Shown: positions 18,355-28,801, counted from the stretch's first letter. The stretch: 64,000 nt of DNA from Candidatus Beckwithbacteria bacterium GW2011_GWC1_49_16 (GCA_001029675.1 CP011210.1:581663-645662); one strand, 5' to 3'. Numbers and translations: made by a program. The notes: generated from the sequence alone by a model not told the origin.

Positions 18355-19060
18355 GGCGGTAAGAATAGCTTAATAGGTTTTTTAGATAAATTAAAGTATC
18401 AGGGACAAGTCTCACGGTCGAGGTTTTGTCGGTGCGGCGGACAAAGGCGGTGGGAATCTCGACCACCTTGAGTCCGGCCCGGAAAGCCAAAGTCATGATC
18501 TCGGTGTCAAAAAACCAGCCGGAGTGGTAGGACTGCTTTAAAAGCGGCATCAGTTTGGCTCTTTTGAAAAACTTGTAGCCGCCTTCGGTATCCTCAAAGG
18601 GCAGGCCCAACAAAGCTTTGCGCAGTAAAACATAACCTTTGCTGCCCAGCCAGCGGTGTAAGGTTTTTAACTTAAAGTCGTAGATGCGCCAGGCACTGGC
18701 GAGGTCGGCGCCGGCTTCGATGGCGGCGAAAAACTTAGGCAGGTACCATTCGCCCACTTCCAGGTCGATGTCGATATAGCCGACGATCCTGCCCAGGGCT
18801 TTTTTGAAACCGTCCTTGACGGTTTGGCCCCGGCCGAGGTTTTTTTTGTGGAAAATGGCGGAAAGGTTTTTTCGCGGGTAACGCTTGATCATTTTGGCAA
18901 TCAAGGTTCTGGTACCGTCTTGGGACTTATCGTCGACAAAAATTATTTCCCAGGTATAGTCGGTTTGATCCAAGGTGCGGATGATGCGGCTAACCGAATC
19001 TTCGAAAATTTGCTCTTCGTTAAAACAAGCCAAAATCAAGCTGACGTCGTATTTATCCAT
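18338..19060 (-). CDS. polyprenol-phosphate glycosyltransferase (GT2, DPM1-like)
   Basis: VSLILACFNEEQIF...IFVDDKSQDGT...IDIDLE motifs. Confidence 0.7.
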   Translation of the reverse strand: MDKYDVSLILACFNEEQIFEDSVSRIIRTLDQTDYTWEIIFVDDKSQDGTRTLIAKMIKRYPRKNLSAIFHKKNLGRGQTVKDGFKKALGRIVGYIDIDLEVGEWYLPKFFAAIEAGADLASAWRIYDFKLKTLHRWLGSKGYVLLRKALLGLPFEDTEGGYKFFKRAKLMPLLKQSYHSGWFFDTEIMTLAFRAGLKVVEIPTAFVRRTDKTSTVRLVPDTLIYLKNLLSYSYRHGKNH

Positions 19061-19079
19061 AGCTCATGTAAAATTATAC

Positions 19080-20180
19080 ATGATGAGGCTACTACTAATC
19101 ACTTATGAGCTGCCGCCCTTGGGCGGGGGCACGGCCGTGGCTTGCCAAAACTTGCTTCAAGAATTTGCCAAAGAAAAAAACTTGAAAATCGATGTGGTCA
19201 CCGCCTCGCCTGACCAGGATAAAAAAGAAACCTTAGCTAAAAACATTATCGTTCACCGCTTAAGCGTCGGCAAAAGGGGCAGAAACCTGCACCACCAATC
19301 AGGTCTTAACCTGTTAAGGTTTTTGATCCGCTCCTATCTTTGGGCTTGGCCCCACCGCCGAAACTACGACCTGGTTCATGCCTTCGGCGGGTTGCCGGCG
19401 GGGCTAACCGCCTGGGCTTTGGGCCGACAGTATCTTATCTCCCTTCGGGGAGGGGAAGAACCGGGTTATGAAACCCGCTACGATTTTTGGCTTAAGTTAG
19501 CCAAACCCTTTTTGAGCCTGGTTTACCGCCGGGCCAAGTCTTTGGACGCCAACAGCCGCTATTTAAAGCGTTTGGTCTTAAAATCGTTTCCCGGCTTGCC
19601 AATTAAGGTGATCAGAAACGGAGTGGACCAAAGCCGCTTTTATCCGGCAAAAAAGCTACCAACTAAACCGGTGATTTTGTCTACTTCTCGTTTGGGACAA
19701 AGAAAAGGGGTCGAAGACTTGATCGCGGCCATGCCGAAGGTTTTGGCGGCGGTTCCCGATGCCAGGCTGGTCTTGATTGGGGGCGGCCAGCTTGAAGGCA
19801 AAATCAGACAGCTGGTTAAAAAGCTCAAGTTGACAAGGGCGGTTAAGTCTTTCGGTCCAGTGGAACATAAAAACCTGCCGTCACTTTACCGCCGGGCGAA
19901 AATTTTCGTTCTCCCCTCTTTGACAGAGAGCCAGTCAAACTCTCTGCTTGAGGCGCAGGCCAGCGGCCTGCCGGTGGTAGTAACCCGCGTCGGCGGCAAC
20001 CCGGAGACGGTGAACCAAGACAACGGCATTTTGGTGCCGGTCGGTGACTCGAAAGCCCTGGCTGAAGCAATCGTTAAGGCTTTAAATCGACCGCGGCTGA
20101 ATCTTTTGCTCCAAAATAAATATTCATGGGAGAAAACGGCGAATGAATATTTAAAGATATATAATAAAGTTTACCAATGA
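19080..20180 (+). CDS. glycosyltransferase family 4
   Basis: MMRLLLITYELPPLGGG... N-terminus and C-terminal SQSNSLLEAQASGLPVV motif. The track ORF starts at 18975, but ATG 19080 avoids overlap with the divergent gene. Confidence 0.7.
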   Translation: MMRLLLITYELPPLGGGTAVACQNLLQEFAKEKNLKIDVVTASPDQDKKETLAKNIIVHRLSVGKRGRNLHHQSGLNLLRFLIRSYLWAWPHRRNYDLVHAFGGLPAGLTAWALGRQYLISLRGGEEPGYETRYDFWLKLAKPFLSLVYRRAKSLDANSRYLKRLVLKSFPGLPIKVIRNGVDQSRFYPAKKLPTKPVILSTSRLGQRKGVEDLIAAMPKVLAAVPDARLVLIGGGQLEGKIRQLVKKLKLTRAVKSFGPVEHKNLPSLYRRAKIFVLPSLTESQSNSLLEAQASGLPVVVTRVGGNPETVNQDNGILVPVGDSKALAEAIVKALNRPRLNLLLQNKYSWEKTANEYLKIYNKVYQ

Positions 20181-21031
20181 AAACAAAGAAAGTTCTGGTT
20201 ACCGGCGGGGCAGGATTCATCGGCAGTCATACTGTTGACGAATTAAAACGCCTGGGCATTGCCGTTACCATTTTCGAAAGCGACCAGGATGTTAAAAACG
20301 AGATAGTTGTAAAAAAAGCCGTAAAAGGTCATGGTGGTGTAATCCATCTGGCGGCCACTTTGGGCACGCAGGAAACAGTGACCAACCCGAAACCGGTGGT
20401 TAAAAATAATATTCTCGGATCATTGAATATTTTTGAAGCAATCAGGGAAACTAACATTCCGGCCGTCTATATTTCCGTCGGCAACCACTGGATGAACAAC
20501 CCATACTCAATTACCAAATCCACGGCCGAACGCTTTGCTTTAATGTTCAATAAAGAATTTGGGACTAAAATTGCCGTTGTTCGCGGACTCAACGCTTACG
20601 GGCCTAAACAAAAAGACAAACCGGTTCGGAAAATGATTCCTAACTTTATCATCCCAGCCTTAAAAAATGAACCGATCACCATCTACGGAGACGGTCAGCA
20701 AATTATGGATCTAATTTACGTTAAAGACTTAGCTAAAATTTTAGTCCGGGCTTTAATCAAAAACCATGGCGTTTATGATCGGGTATTTGAAGCCGGTATG
20801 GGGCAAAAAATTACCGTTAATCAAATCGTCAAGCTGGTGATCAAATTAACTAAATCAAAATCAAAAATCAGCTATGCCCCGATGCGCCCCGGGGAAATCC
20901 CCAACTCCATAGTCATGGCTAATAAAAAAGTTTGGAATTTGGAAAAATTGGGCTGGCACTCGACCGACTTTACCCCACTAATTAAAGGGCTTAAACAAAC
21001 CATTCGGTATTATGAAGGTTTGTTTCATTAG
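20177..21031 (+). CDS. NAD-dependent epimerase/dehydratase (extended SDR), short form
   Basis: VLVTGGAGFIGSH Rossmann motif and YSITK (YxxxK). Confidence 0.6.
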   Translation: MKTKKVLVTGGAGFIGSHTVDELKRLGIAVTIFESDQDVKNEIVVKKAVKGHGGVIHLAATLGTQETVTNPKPVVKNNILGSLNIFEAIRETNIPAVYISVGNHWMNNPYSITKSTAERFALMFNKEFGTKIAVVRGLNAYGPKQKDKPVRKMIPNFIIPALKNEPITIYGDGQQIMDLIYVKDLAKILVRALIKNHGVYDRVFEAGMGQKITVNQIVKLVIKLTKSKSKISYAPMRPGEIPNSIVMANKKVWNLEKLGWHSTDFTPLIKGLKQTIRYYEGLFH

Positions 21032-22199
21032 TCATTACGCTTATCGGCTCTTTAACGAAAACAGTCAGATTACTTTCGGGGGCAACGAAGTTTTGTACTT
21101 CTTAATTGCCAAGAAATTGGCCCAAGATAGACGGTTCGGCGTCAGCTTTTTACTGGAAACTGATCGCTCCAAAACCGAAACTATCTCTAAGATCAAGTTA
21201 TTTAAAACTTCTCGACAGCAAGGGTTAATCAAAGGCAACAACAAAACACTGGATTTTTTAACAAAGTTATTTGCCAGAATCGCCGAACGGTTTAACACTC
21301 TTTGGAATTTACCGCATCAAGATTTTTTCCGTCTTGGCGAAAGATTGAAAACTATCAACGCCGACGTTTATATTCAGGGCAGCGCCACTTATGAAATCGG
21401 CCTGGTGGTTTTTTGGTCAAAACTATTTAGAAAAAAGTGCATCTTTTTAATCGGCCATGACGATGATGTCAACCAAACCTATGTTAAAAATCACCGTTGG
21501 GGTAAGATTTACGAATGGGGCTTAAAACACGCCGATTTGATTTGGTGTACCTCTGTTAGACACCAACAACTGCTTTGGAAAAATTATCGACTCAGGGCCA
21601 CTTACATCCCCTACTGGTTTCCGGTACCGAAAAAAATATTGCCGCAAAATAAGCGGCGGCAAATTCTTTGGATTGCCCGGCTCGACCCCTGGAAAAATCC
21701 GGAAGCGTTCTTAAAATTAGCCAAAAGCCTGCCGGGGCAAAAATTTATCATGATTGCCTCTACATCAGAAGGTCACCAGGATTACTTTAAGAAAATTTCT
21801 AACCAGGCCAAAAAGATTCCTAGGCTTTCATTGAAAACGAATGTGCCGTTTTCCCGGATAAGCAAATATTATCAACAAGCAAAATTATTTATTGATACTT
21901 CGGATTACGGCAGTTTGCATACTTCTCACTTAATGGCGGCTGTGGCCGGTACCCCGGCAATTACTCTATTTAGGGATCCTAATGATAGTTTTAAAGAATA
22001 CGGTTGGGGGTTAAACGCTAAGGGCAGCTTTAAAAAATTCAGACAACAAGTTGAGTTAGCTTTAAACCAACCAGGTCTTTGGCAAGAATTATCCCAAAAA
22101 GCCATCATCTTCTCGAAAAAAGTCCACAATCTTGATAAGTTAGTTCACCAATTTAAAACAATGCTTTTAAATTTGTCAACTACCTCGGATAAATCGTGA
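21012..22199 (+). CDS. GT-B glycosyltransferase, paralog 1 of 3
   Basis: MKVCFISHYAYRLFNENSQITFGGNEV N-terminus shared with the genes at 22145 and 25739. Confidence 0.5.
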   Translation: MKVCFISHYAYRLFNENSQITFGGNEVLYFLIAKKLAQDRRFGVSFLLETDRSKTETISKIKLFKTSRQQGLIKGNNKTLDFLTKLFARIAERFNTLWNLPHQDFFRLGERLKTINADVYIQGSATYEIGLVVFWSKLFRKKCIFLIGHDDDVNQTYVKNHRWGKIYEWGLKHADLIWCTSVRHQQLLWKNYRLRATYIPYWFPVPKKILPQNKRRQILWIARLDPWKNPEAFLKLAKSLPGQKFIMIASTSEGHQDYFKKISNQAKKIPRLSLKTNVPFSRISKYYQQAKLFIDTSDYGSLHTSHLMAAVAGTPAITLFRDPNDSFKEYGWGLNAKGSFKKFRQQVELALNQPGLWQELSQKAIIFSKKVHNLDKLVHQFKTMLLNLSTTSDKS

Positions 22200-23242
22200 T
22201 GACCAACCGCATATTGATAAGCCCGATCAGATAATCTTCGCCAGAACTTTTGATTGCGGAGAACTTTTTTTAAATACTCTGTCAACATCTTTTCATCGCC
22301 CTTGGCGCAAAAACCCAATTTATTTTGGGAAATGATTTTATCTGGATCGACTTGATAAGAAACGATCGGCGTCATGTTTTTGGCTGCCTGGATAAAAGTA
22401 TTGGGAAAACCTTCACTAAAGGAGGTTGAAACGAAAACTCTCGATTTTCTAAAGAATGCATCTATCTTGTTAAACGGCACCCAAGCGATAAATTGAAGAT
22501 TGCTGATTTGTTTTGCTTTGGCCTTAATGATTTTAAAATAATCTGGGTTATTTTCCGCCGGCGGGCAAATCATGGTGAATTTTTCGCGGGGGAATTTAGC
22601 TGCCAAAGCCAGCAACAGTTCCGGATTTTTCCAAGTTTCTGCCCTGGCCACCCAAAGAATGCCTTGTTTATTGATGTTTTGCTGGCGCAACCGTGGTTTT
22701 ATGGGATAAGCCAGAGGAACAATCACGCTTTTCCCCCTTAGGTTTTTTGACAGTTGTCTTTGTTGGTCTCTTGTTTGACAAACTATTCTGTCCGCCAAAA
22801 TTAAGCCAAAACCAAAGAGTTTCCCCCGCCAGCCGTTTTTCTTCATAAAATCACCGTTGACGTCCTGAATATGGGCCACCATAAAAATAAACTTTTTTCT
22901 TAACAGCCAACAGATTAGCGCGATGAGTCCGGTTTCGGCGCTGGCAGCTCGTTGGATAAAAATGTCAGCATTAATCTGCCTCAACTGAGCCAAAAACTGG
23001 ACAAAAAACCCCAAGTAGCCAAACGCTTGGGGAGACCGAAACATTTGAAAAACTTTAATTTGATCAAAAACTTCTTGCTGATTGTTTTTTTGATTGTCGG
23101 TAAGGAAAAAAATCTTAAAGTTTTTGTTTTTGGCCAATTCTTTGGCCAGAAGATACAGTTGTATCTGGGCGCCGCCGAAAACAATGTTAGATTTGGGATT
23201 AAAAAGAGGGTAAGCAAACCAGTCAATAAAACAAATTTTCAT
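22145..23242 (-). CDS. GT-B glycosyltransferase, paralog 2 of 3
   Basis: MKICFIDWFAYPLFNPKSNIVFGGAQIQ...SEGFPNTFIQAA. Confidence 0.5.
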   Translation of the reverse strand: MKICFIDWFAYPLFNPKSNIVFGGAQIQLYLLAKELAKNKNFKIFFLTDNQKNNQQEVFDQIKVFQMFRSPQAFGYLGFFVQFLAQLRQINADIFIQRAASAETGLIALICWLLRKKFIFMVAHIQDVNGDFMKKNGWRGKLFGFGLILADRIVCQTRDQQRQLSKNLRGKSVIVPLAYPIKPRLRQQNINKQGILWVARAETWKNPELLLALAAKFPREKFTMICPPAENNPDYFKIIKAKAKQISNLQFIAWVPFNKIDAFFRKSRVFVSTSFSEGFPNTFIQAAKNMTPIVSYQVDPDKIISQNKLGFCAKGDEKMLTEYLKKVLRNQKFWRRLSDRAYQYAVGHHDLSEVVDKFKSIVLNW

Positions 23243-24027
23243 TTTTTGATCCTGACGATCATGGAGTAACCGATCGGAAAGGCCGACAGGGCATAATCCC
23301 AGTATTCGGCAATGAAACCCTTTTTATCTCTATATAATCGGCTTAGTTGTCCTACGGCTAAACTTAAAAGGTTGTTAACAATGTAAATTGGATAGATAAT
23401 TTTAAGCGTTCCGAATAAAATCCGGACTACGATATTGCTGAAAATAAATAGCGAGGCAAACAAATTGTTGCTGCCCCGAAGCAAAATAATCTTATCCCGT
23501 TTAAACAGGGACTGAAGTTTGTATTTAGTAAAACGATTAAAGTCGTGGGGAATGCCGTGCAAGGGGAAAATAAACGGAATGGATAAATAGACCAAAGCTT
23601 GATTTTTAGCCACCCGTTTTAACTCGCTGACCACTTGGTATTCATTATCACAATGCTCCAAGACTTCCGAAAGTATAATTACGTCAAAAACATTATCTTT
23701 AAAGGGTAATTGTTCGTTGTTGGCAATGACGTCGGCATAAGAATTTAGATCCAAGTCTACACCAATATATTGATCGTTGGGGAAAAATGCTTGATATGGC
23801 TTGTAGCCACAGCCAAGGTCTAAAATCTTTAGAGGGCTGGCTTTTTTACCAACCAACTCTAACATTCGTTCAAATGTTTCTCTAAAACTTAAGGTCATGA
23901 TATAGGTGTAATCGTAGAGTCTGGGCTTGAGCCGCTCTCTGATAATTGAAGGGTTTTTGGGCAATTTTCCCCGGCCGCGCCTTACCCGATAGTTTTTGTT
24001 TTTTAAAAGCGTTTCAATTTTTGCCAT
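23239..24027 (-). CDS. class I SAM-dependent methyltransferase
   Basis: ILDLGCGYKPY motif I; DVIILSEVLEH. Confidence 0.65.
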   Translation of the reverse strand: MAKIETLLKNKNYRVRRGRGKLPKNPSIIRERLKPRLYDYTYIMTLSFRETFERMLELVGKKASPLKILDLGCGYKPYQAFFPNDQYIGVDLDLNSYADVIANNEQLPFKDNVFDVIILSEVLEHCDNEYQVVSELKRVAKNQALVYLSIPFIFPLHGIPHDFNRFTKYKLQSLFKRDKIILLRGSNNLFASLFIFSNIVVRILFGTLKIIYPIYIVNNLLSLAVGQLSRLYRDKKGFIAEYWDYALSAFPIGYSMIVRIKK

Positions 24028-25721
24028 AGTCGATCAATTATATAACCGATAGTTAATCCAATAAACGGCAAAGACTGGGTCATCGAACGGTACTCGACTA
24101 AATTCTTGGCCGTGAGGAAAAAATGGGGAATTTCCAAAAAGAAAACTAAAACCGGAATGTACCGTAATGCCTTTCTCCTTAACATTAACCAGGCGCCGGC
24201 AATAAATAAAACCAAGCCCGTTAGATTATCTTTAAAATAAAGGCCGCCAAAGGTTTTTCTTACACCTGCCAAAGTGGAAATAATTAAATCAGGAAGAGTG
24301 TGAAGTTTAAAAAAATAAGTAAAGGCAGAAATTTCTGGCCCCTGAAACGGATTCATCCGCTCTTCTTCTTTGGTAGGGAATCCCGGTTGCCCAGAGAATT
24401 CAACATTCACATTCCATTTTAAATGATTTGCCTCGGAATAGTTCCAGGTATTGTAAGTTTTAAGATTGGTAATAATAATCGGAGCGGCAATTAAAAATGT
24501 TGTTAACATTATCACCATTCCTGATTTTAATTTTTTTCTGGCAATCATAAATATCAATGCCAGGCCGATTAGCTGGACGATTGAATGAAGCCGCAAATAA
24601 ATGGCAAAAATTATGGCTAAAACTAAAATAACCTTATTCCGATTTTTTTTGAGGTTAGACTCAAACAGCCAGAAAGAAAAAATTAAGATAACAAACGTAA
24701 ACGCCGGATCTCTCAGCCCTCGCGTTGACAAATCGATAAGATAAGGGTGGACGGCAATAAATACCGCGGCTGCGGCGGCGCCGACAACTGAACCGATCTT
24801 TTTGCCATAGGTATAAGTTAACCCAATCGTCAACCAATGAAACACCAGGCTCGATAGCTTTATCGCCATCTCCGAACCATAACCAAACAGTTGCCAAAAA
24901 GTAAGAATAATTAACACGTTTAGACTTTCTTTATTTAGGCAATAATTTCCCGCCAAGGCTGTTGTCAAGTCCTGAGAAAGAAACTTTTCTGTCTGGCTAG
25001 TCAAACAATTGATATCGCTGTCAAAAGCCCGGTAGCGATTTTCAAACAAGCTTTTCCAGGATAAATGCATCCCTAAAAATATCACGGCAAAGACTATCAA
25101 AAACTCAATAGCAATCTTTTTTTTGGGCCGGATAATGAATAGTATCGGGAAAAAAGTAAACAATCCCAGTAAAATCAATGGCGGCATTTTGATTTCTCGC
25201 TGGTAATGCATTAAGTGGAAATCATAAAGGATTACTGCCGGCAAACCGTTAACCTCTTTGTTAGTCGCCTCAATCTTAATCCAAAAGTGCTCGCTATTGG
25301 CAATATATTGATTCAAATCTAAAGGCGGAGCAAAATGTTGAAACCGATTATTTTCAACCAACATTTCCCAGTCCTGTTGATTGGTAGAAATGCTGACTTT
25401 ATTGCTACCGGGGTCAGGATGTGTCAATGAAAGTTGTAATACCGCCACTTGGGCACCGGGTGGTCGAGTAAACTCATACACGACCAGTCCCTGAGTTTGC
25501 GGGTCTAACGATAAATCAATCTTGTCTTCCTCAGACCAACCAGAATATTCAACGGCTTCTGTTCGCAGTTTGTCAAAGTTTCTCCAGCGTCTGCCCATCT
25601 TTACTTCTCCAACTAAGTTCTTCCCCTGCATCGAATTAAATGAATCTTCCAGCCTTGAACGGAAAATAAAAAAATTGAGAAGTAAGACTAAACTGATTAA
25701 AATAACTTTGACTACTTTCAT
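24003..25721 (-). CDS. polytopic membrane protein with a roughly 170-aa N-terminal extracytoplasmic domain (possible Wzy-like polymerase or GT-C); function unknown
   Basis: 572 aa. Signal-anchor, then about 10 TM helices. Confidence 0.35.
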   Translation of the reverse strand: MKVVKVILISLVLLLNFFIFRSRLEDSFNSMQGKNLVGEVKMGRRWRNFDKLRTEAVEYSGWSEEDKIDLSLDPQTQGLVVYEFTRPPGAQVAVLQLSLTHPDPGSNKVSISTNQQDWEMLVENNRFQHFAPPLDLNQYIANSEHFWIKIEATNKEVNGLPAVILYDFHLMHYQREIKMPPLILLGLFTFFPILFIIRPKKKIAIEFLIVFAVIFLGMHLSWKSLFENRYRAFDSDINCLTSQTEKFLSQDLTTALAGNYCLNKESLNVLIILTFWQLFGYGSEMAIKLSSLVFHWLTIGLTYTYGKKIGSVVGAAAAAVFIAVHPYLIDLSTRGLRDPAFTFVILIFSFWLFESNLKKNRNKVILVLAIIFAIYLRLHSIVQLIGLALIFMIARKKLKSGMVIMLTTFLIAAPIIITNLKTYNTWNYSEANHLKWNVNVEFSGQPGFPTKEEERMNPFQGPEISAFTYFFKLHTLPDLIISTLAGVRKTFGGLYFKDNLTGLVLFIAGAWLMLRRKALRYIPVLVFFLEIPHFFLTAKNLVEYRSMTQSLPFIGLTIGYIIDRLWQKLKRF

Positions 25722-25738
25722 CGATTATAATTATAGAC
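25722..25738. promoter_or_regulatory. 17-bp divergent intergenic region with a palindromic TATAAT-type box (ATTATAATTATA)
   Basis: The entire spacer between a minus-strand ATG and a plus-strand GTG is cgattataattatagac. Confidence 0.35.
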
Positions 25739-26743
25739 GTGAAACCAATCAAAGTCTGCTTTATTTCCCTAAAAAGCTATCCGCTTTTTGTTAAAAACTC
25801 TCTCGATTATTTCGGCGGCGCCGAAGTACAAATGAGTTTAATCGCCCGGGAACTAGCCAAAGACAAACGTTTTGGAGTCAGCTTAATCACCGGTGATTAC
25901 TCCCAACCGCCGATAATCAAACAAGGCCGCGTAACCTTACTCAAGACTAAGTTGATTGATTTTTTAACAGTCCTAAAAACCGTTGACGCCGATGTTTACG
26001 TCGAAAGAACCATCAATCCCAAAGTGTTACTGGTCGGCTGGTGGTGTCGTTTGTTTAAAAAGAAATTCGCCTACATGGTTGCCCACGACTGGGATTGCGC
26101 TTACTTCCGACTGAAGCTGGCAAATTTAATTATCGCCCAACACCAACTGCAAAGTTTTGCCCTGAAACAAAATTTAAAGCTCAAGAGTCTGGTGATGCCT
26201 TCGCTGATAAAAATGAAGACTGAAGAGAAAACGCTCAGGCGTCAATATATTTTGTGGGTGGGCCGGGCAGACAAGTGGAAAAATCCGCTCAAGTTTCTTG
26301 ACCTTGCCAGGCACTATTCTCAAGAAAAATTTGTCATGATTTGCCGTCAGGGCAAGAATAAGGCCTTATTCAATCTGGTTAAAAATCAGGCGAAATCACT
26401 CACCAATTTAAGCTTTGTCCCGGCCGTGTCAGCGGAAAAAATTTCAACCTTTTTCCTTCAGGCCAAAATTTTAGTTAACACCTCAACCGCCGAAGGTTTT
26501 CCCAACACTTTTCTCCAGGCCGGGGCCGCCAGAACTCCTGTTTTGTCCTTTAAGGTGAATCCTGATAGTTATATAATTAGATACCAATGCGGCTTGATTG
26601 GGGACAAACGGCTAAAAGAAATTTTAAATAATCCTGCTGGGTTAAAAACTATGGGCAGAAATCATTATGATTATGTTAAAAAATATCATGGTCTAAAAAA
26701 TATTGACATCCTTAAACAGGGATTGTTGAATTTAATTCAATGA
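25739..26743 (+). CDS. GT-B glycosyltransferase, paralog 3 of 3
   Basis: GTG start. MKPIKVCFISLKSYPLFVKNSLDYFGGAEVQ...AEGFPNTFLQAGAARTPVL. Confidence 0.5.
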   Translation: MKPIKVCFISLKSYPLFVKNSLDYFGGAEVQMSLIARELAKDKRFGVSLITGDYSQPPIIKQGRVTLLKTKLIDFLTVLKTVDADVYVERTINPKVLLVGWWCRLFKKKFAYMVAHDWDCAYFRLKLANLIIAQHQLQSFALKQNLKLKSLVMPSLIKMKTEEKTLRRQYILWVGRADKWKNPLKFLDLARHYSQEKFVMICRQGKNKALFNLVKNQAKSLTNLSFVPAVSAEKISTFFLQAKILVNTSTAEGFPNTFLQAGAARTPVLSFKVNPDSYIIRYQCGLIGDKRLKEILNNPAGLKTMGRNHYDYVKKYHGLKNIDILKQGLLNLIQ

Positions 26744-28071
26744 AAATTGTAAAAATTATCTCTACTTTCATTCTTATTTCTTTTTTTAGTTTAATTCTCT
26801 GGTCGTTTTTATATAGTCCCACTCGTGAAGTTACCCCAATATATTCCTGGTTATCGTTTGCCGCCGACTTACCTTACAGCGATAAAACAGTTTCTTTAAC
26901 CCTCGGAAAAAATCAAACCGAAGCGCAACTGACTATCGATAGTAATGACCAAGAAAAACCGGTCTATTATTCACTTACCAATTTGGGGGTAAAAACAATT
27001 AAGCCCCGAGTGATAATTAACGGCCAGGATTGGTTTTCCGATGAAGCTATTTTGGGTTCTGCCTTAAAAAATCTTGATAAGGATACTGCCACCAACCAGG
27101 AAAAAGTGCTGGCGGTATTTAAATTTATCACCGATAATCAACTTCATTGGTATACTCCGTTATACGGCACCAGTTATTATTACCTTGATAATCCTGTCCG
27201 GTACCTGAACAACTGGGGCTATGGTTTTTGTTCCGACTCGTCAACGGTTTTAATCCAGCTGTTAACTTTTGCCGGATATAATGCCCGTTTGGTCAATCTA
27301 GTCGACCATGTCGTTGCTGAAGTGTTTTATGACGGGGCGTGGCACGTTTTAGACCCGGATATGGAGGTTTATTATTTAAATCAGCAGGGCAAAATCGCCA
27401 GCGTCGAAGAAATTGTCGCCGACCGCCGACTCCTCGACTCTCCCATCTGGCTCAGAGATATTAATGCCGATGTTAAAGAGTCAGTTCGGCAAATCCTGAT
27501 CAAAGCCTACTCCCAGCCGGCTGCAACATTTACCCCGGCAGAAAGAGGTTTAAGTAACCAAGAATATCAAAGCGAGTTTAGCTATCGTTTGCAACAAGAC
27601 GAAGAAATCAGGTTTTATTATGACTTTCCTGGCAGGTATTATTGGGGTTACAGCGACGAAAAGCCGCCTGAATTTACCAATGGAGTGTTGATTTCTAAAA
27701 ACCGCGGCGGTTTGATCCGGACTGCCTTACCCTTTCCGATTGTTTCAGCTTATCTTTATAAACCTGACCTATGCCAGACAGTAATCAAGCCCAGATTTTC
27801 TTTAAAAGGCGGTCGTTGGCAAAAGCTAACCGGCTGCCAAGACGATATTATTAAAATAACTGATCATTTCCCGACCGGAGAAGGAACTTACCCGACGGAG
27901 AAATATTTTTTGCTGCTGCCATTCAGCCTGACTGATTATCAACTATTAACCCAATTTCAAACAGCGTCAAAGTCAATTCCTCATCTTAATGACGGGGCTA
28001 ATGATATTGAGCTAAAAGAAGCGTTAAATTCTGATATTAAGCTTGAGTTTGGTTATGTGCCACTGGATTAA
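26740..28071 (+). CDS. membrane-anchored transglutaminase-like cysteine protease-fold protein
   Basis: N-terminal TM helix. GYGFCSDSSTVLIQLLTFAGYNARLVNLVDHVVAEVFYDGAWHVLDPD matches the transglutaminase-core Cys-His-Asp signature (G.C...A...LR..G..AR.V.G...H.W.EV.....W...DP). Confidence 0.7.
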   Translation: MKIVKIISTFILISFFSLILWSFLYSPTREVTPIYSWLSFAADLPYSDKTVSLTLGKNQTEAQLTIDSNDQEKPVYYSLTNLGVKTIKPRVIINGQDWFSDEAILGSALKNLDKDTATNQEKVLAVFKFITDNQLHWYTPLYGTSYYYLDNPVRYLNNWGYGFCSDSSTVLIQLLTFAGYNARLVNLVDHVVAEVFYDGAWHVLDPDMEVYYLNQQGKIASVEEIVADRRLLDSPIWLRDINADVKESVRQILIKAYSQPAATFTPAERGLSNQEYQSEFSYRLQQDEEIRFYYDFPGRYYWGYSDEKPPEFTNGVLISKNRGGLIRTALPFPIVSAYLYKPDLCQTVIKPRFSLKGGRWQKLTGCQDDIIKITDHFPTGEGTYPTEKYFLLLPFSLTDYQLLTQFQTASKSIPHLNDGANDIELKEALNSDIKLEFGYVPLD

Positions 28072-28796
28072 ACAAACTTTGTGTAAGCTTTGATAACGGT
28101 TTCTGGTTTATCGTTTAGGACAATCTTGCCGTGATCCAGCCAAACCACCCGATCGCAAAGTTCTTTAATCTGATCTAATTCGTGGCTGACAATGATAACG
28201 GTTTTTCCCTGACGTTTCATTTTCTCAAAAACTCTTTTTGATTTTTGCCTGAATTCATAATCGCCGACCGCCAACACTTCATCGAGTAGAAAAATGTTAC
28301 CGGCAGACTGAATGGCAATCGAAAACGCCAGTCTTACCTGCATTCCCGTAGAAAAATTTTTTAGTTTTTGGTTAATAAACGGTTTAATCCCTGCAAAGCC
28401 AATAATTGTTTCCAGTTTCTCGGCTATTTTTTTTCGACTCATACCTAAAATTACCCCGTTTAACCAAATATTATCCAAGGCCGATAAATCAGGGTTAAAA
28501 CCGACTCCTAATTCTAAAAACGGCACTAATTGTCCGGTAATCTCAACCTTTCCCTGATCAGGTTCATAAATGCCGGCAATAACTTTTAACAAAGTAGATT
28601 TGCCGGAACCGTTGGGGCCGATTATCCCCAACCATTCTCCTGGTTCCACCGTTAAGTTAATCTGGCTTAAGGCCCTAAATGATTCCTTCCGACTCCTTAA
28701 TTTAAAATTCAACAGCCGTTCACGCAGCGAATCCATTTTTTCCGTCGGTATTTGAAAAGTCTTAGTCACGTTATCCAGTTGTATCGCTATCAACAT
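28068..28796 (-). CDS. ABC transporter ATP-binding protein (Wzt/TagH-like polysaccharide exporter ATPase, no C-terminal binding domain)
   Basis: Walker A GPNGSGKSTL, signature-like FSTGMQVRLAFSIA, Walker B IFLLDEVLAVGD. Confidence 0.85.
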   Translation of the reverse strand: MLIAIQLDNVTKTFQIPTEKMDSLRERLLNFKLRSRKESFRALSQINLTVEPGEWLGIIGPNGSGKSTLLKVIAGIYEPDQGKVEITGQLVPFLELGVGFNPDLSALDNIWLNGVILGMSRKKIAEKLETIIGFAGIKPFINQKLKNFSTGMQVRLAFSIAIQSAGNIFLLDEVLAVGDYEFRQKSKRVFEKMKRQGKTVIIVSHELDQIKELCDRVVWLDHGKIVLNDKPETVIKAYTKFV

Positions 28797-28801
28797 AGTC
28801 T

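Noticed and set aside
18975-19079. Upstream extension of the GT4 ORF (track start 18975)
   Set aside because: It would overlap the divergently transcribed GT2 gene by about 85 nt. ATG 19080 begins the canonical MMRLLLITYELPP N-terminus and sits right after a TATAC box.
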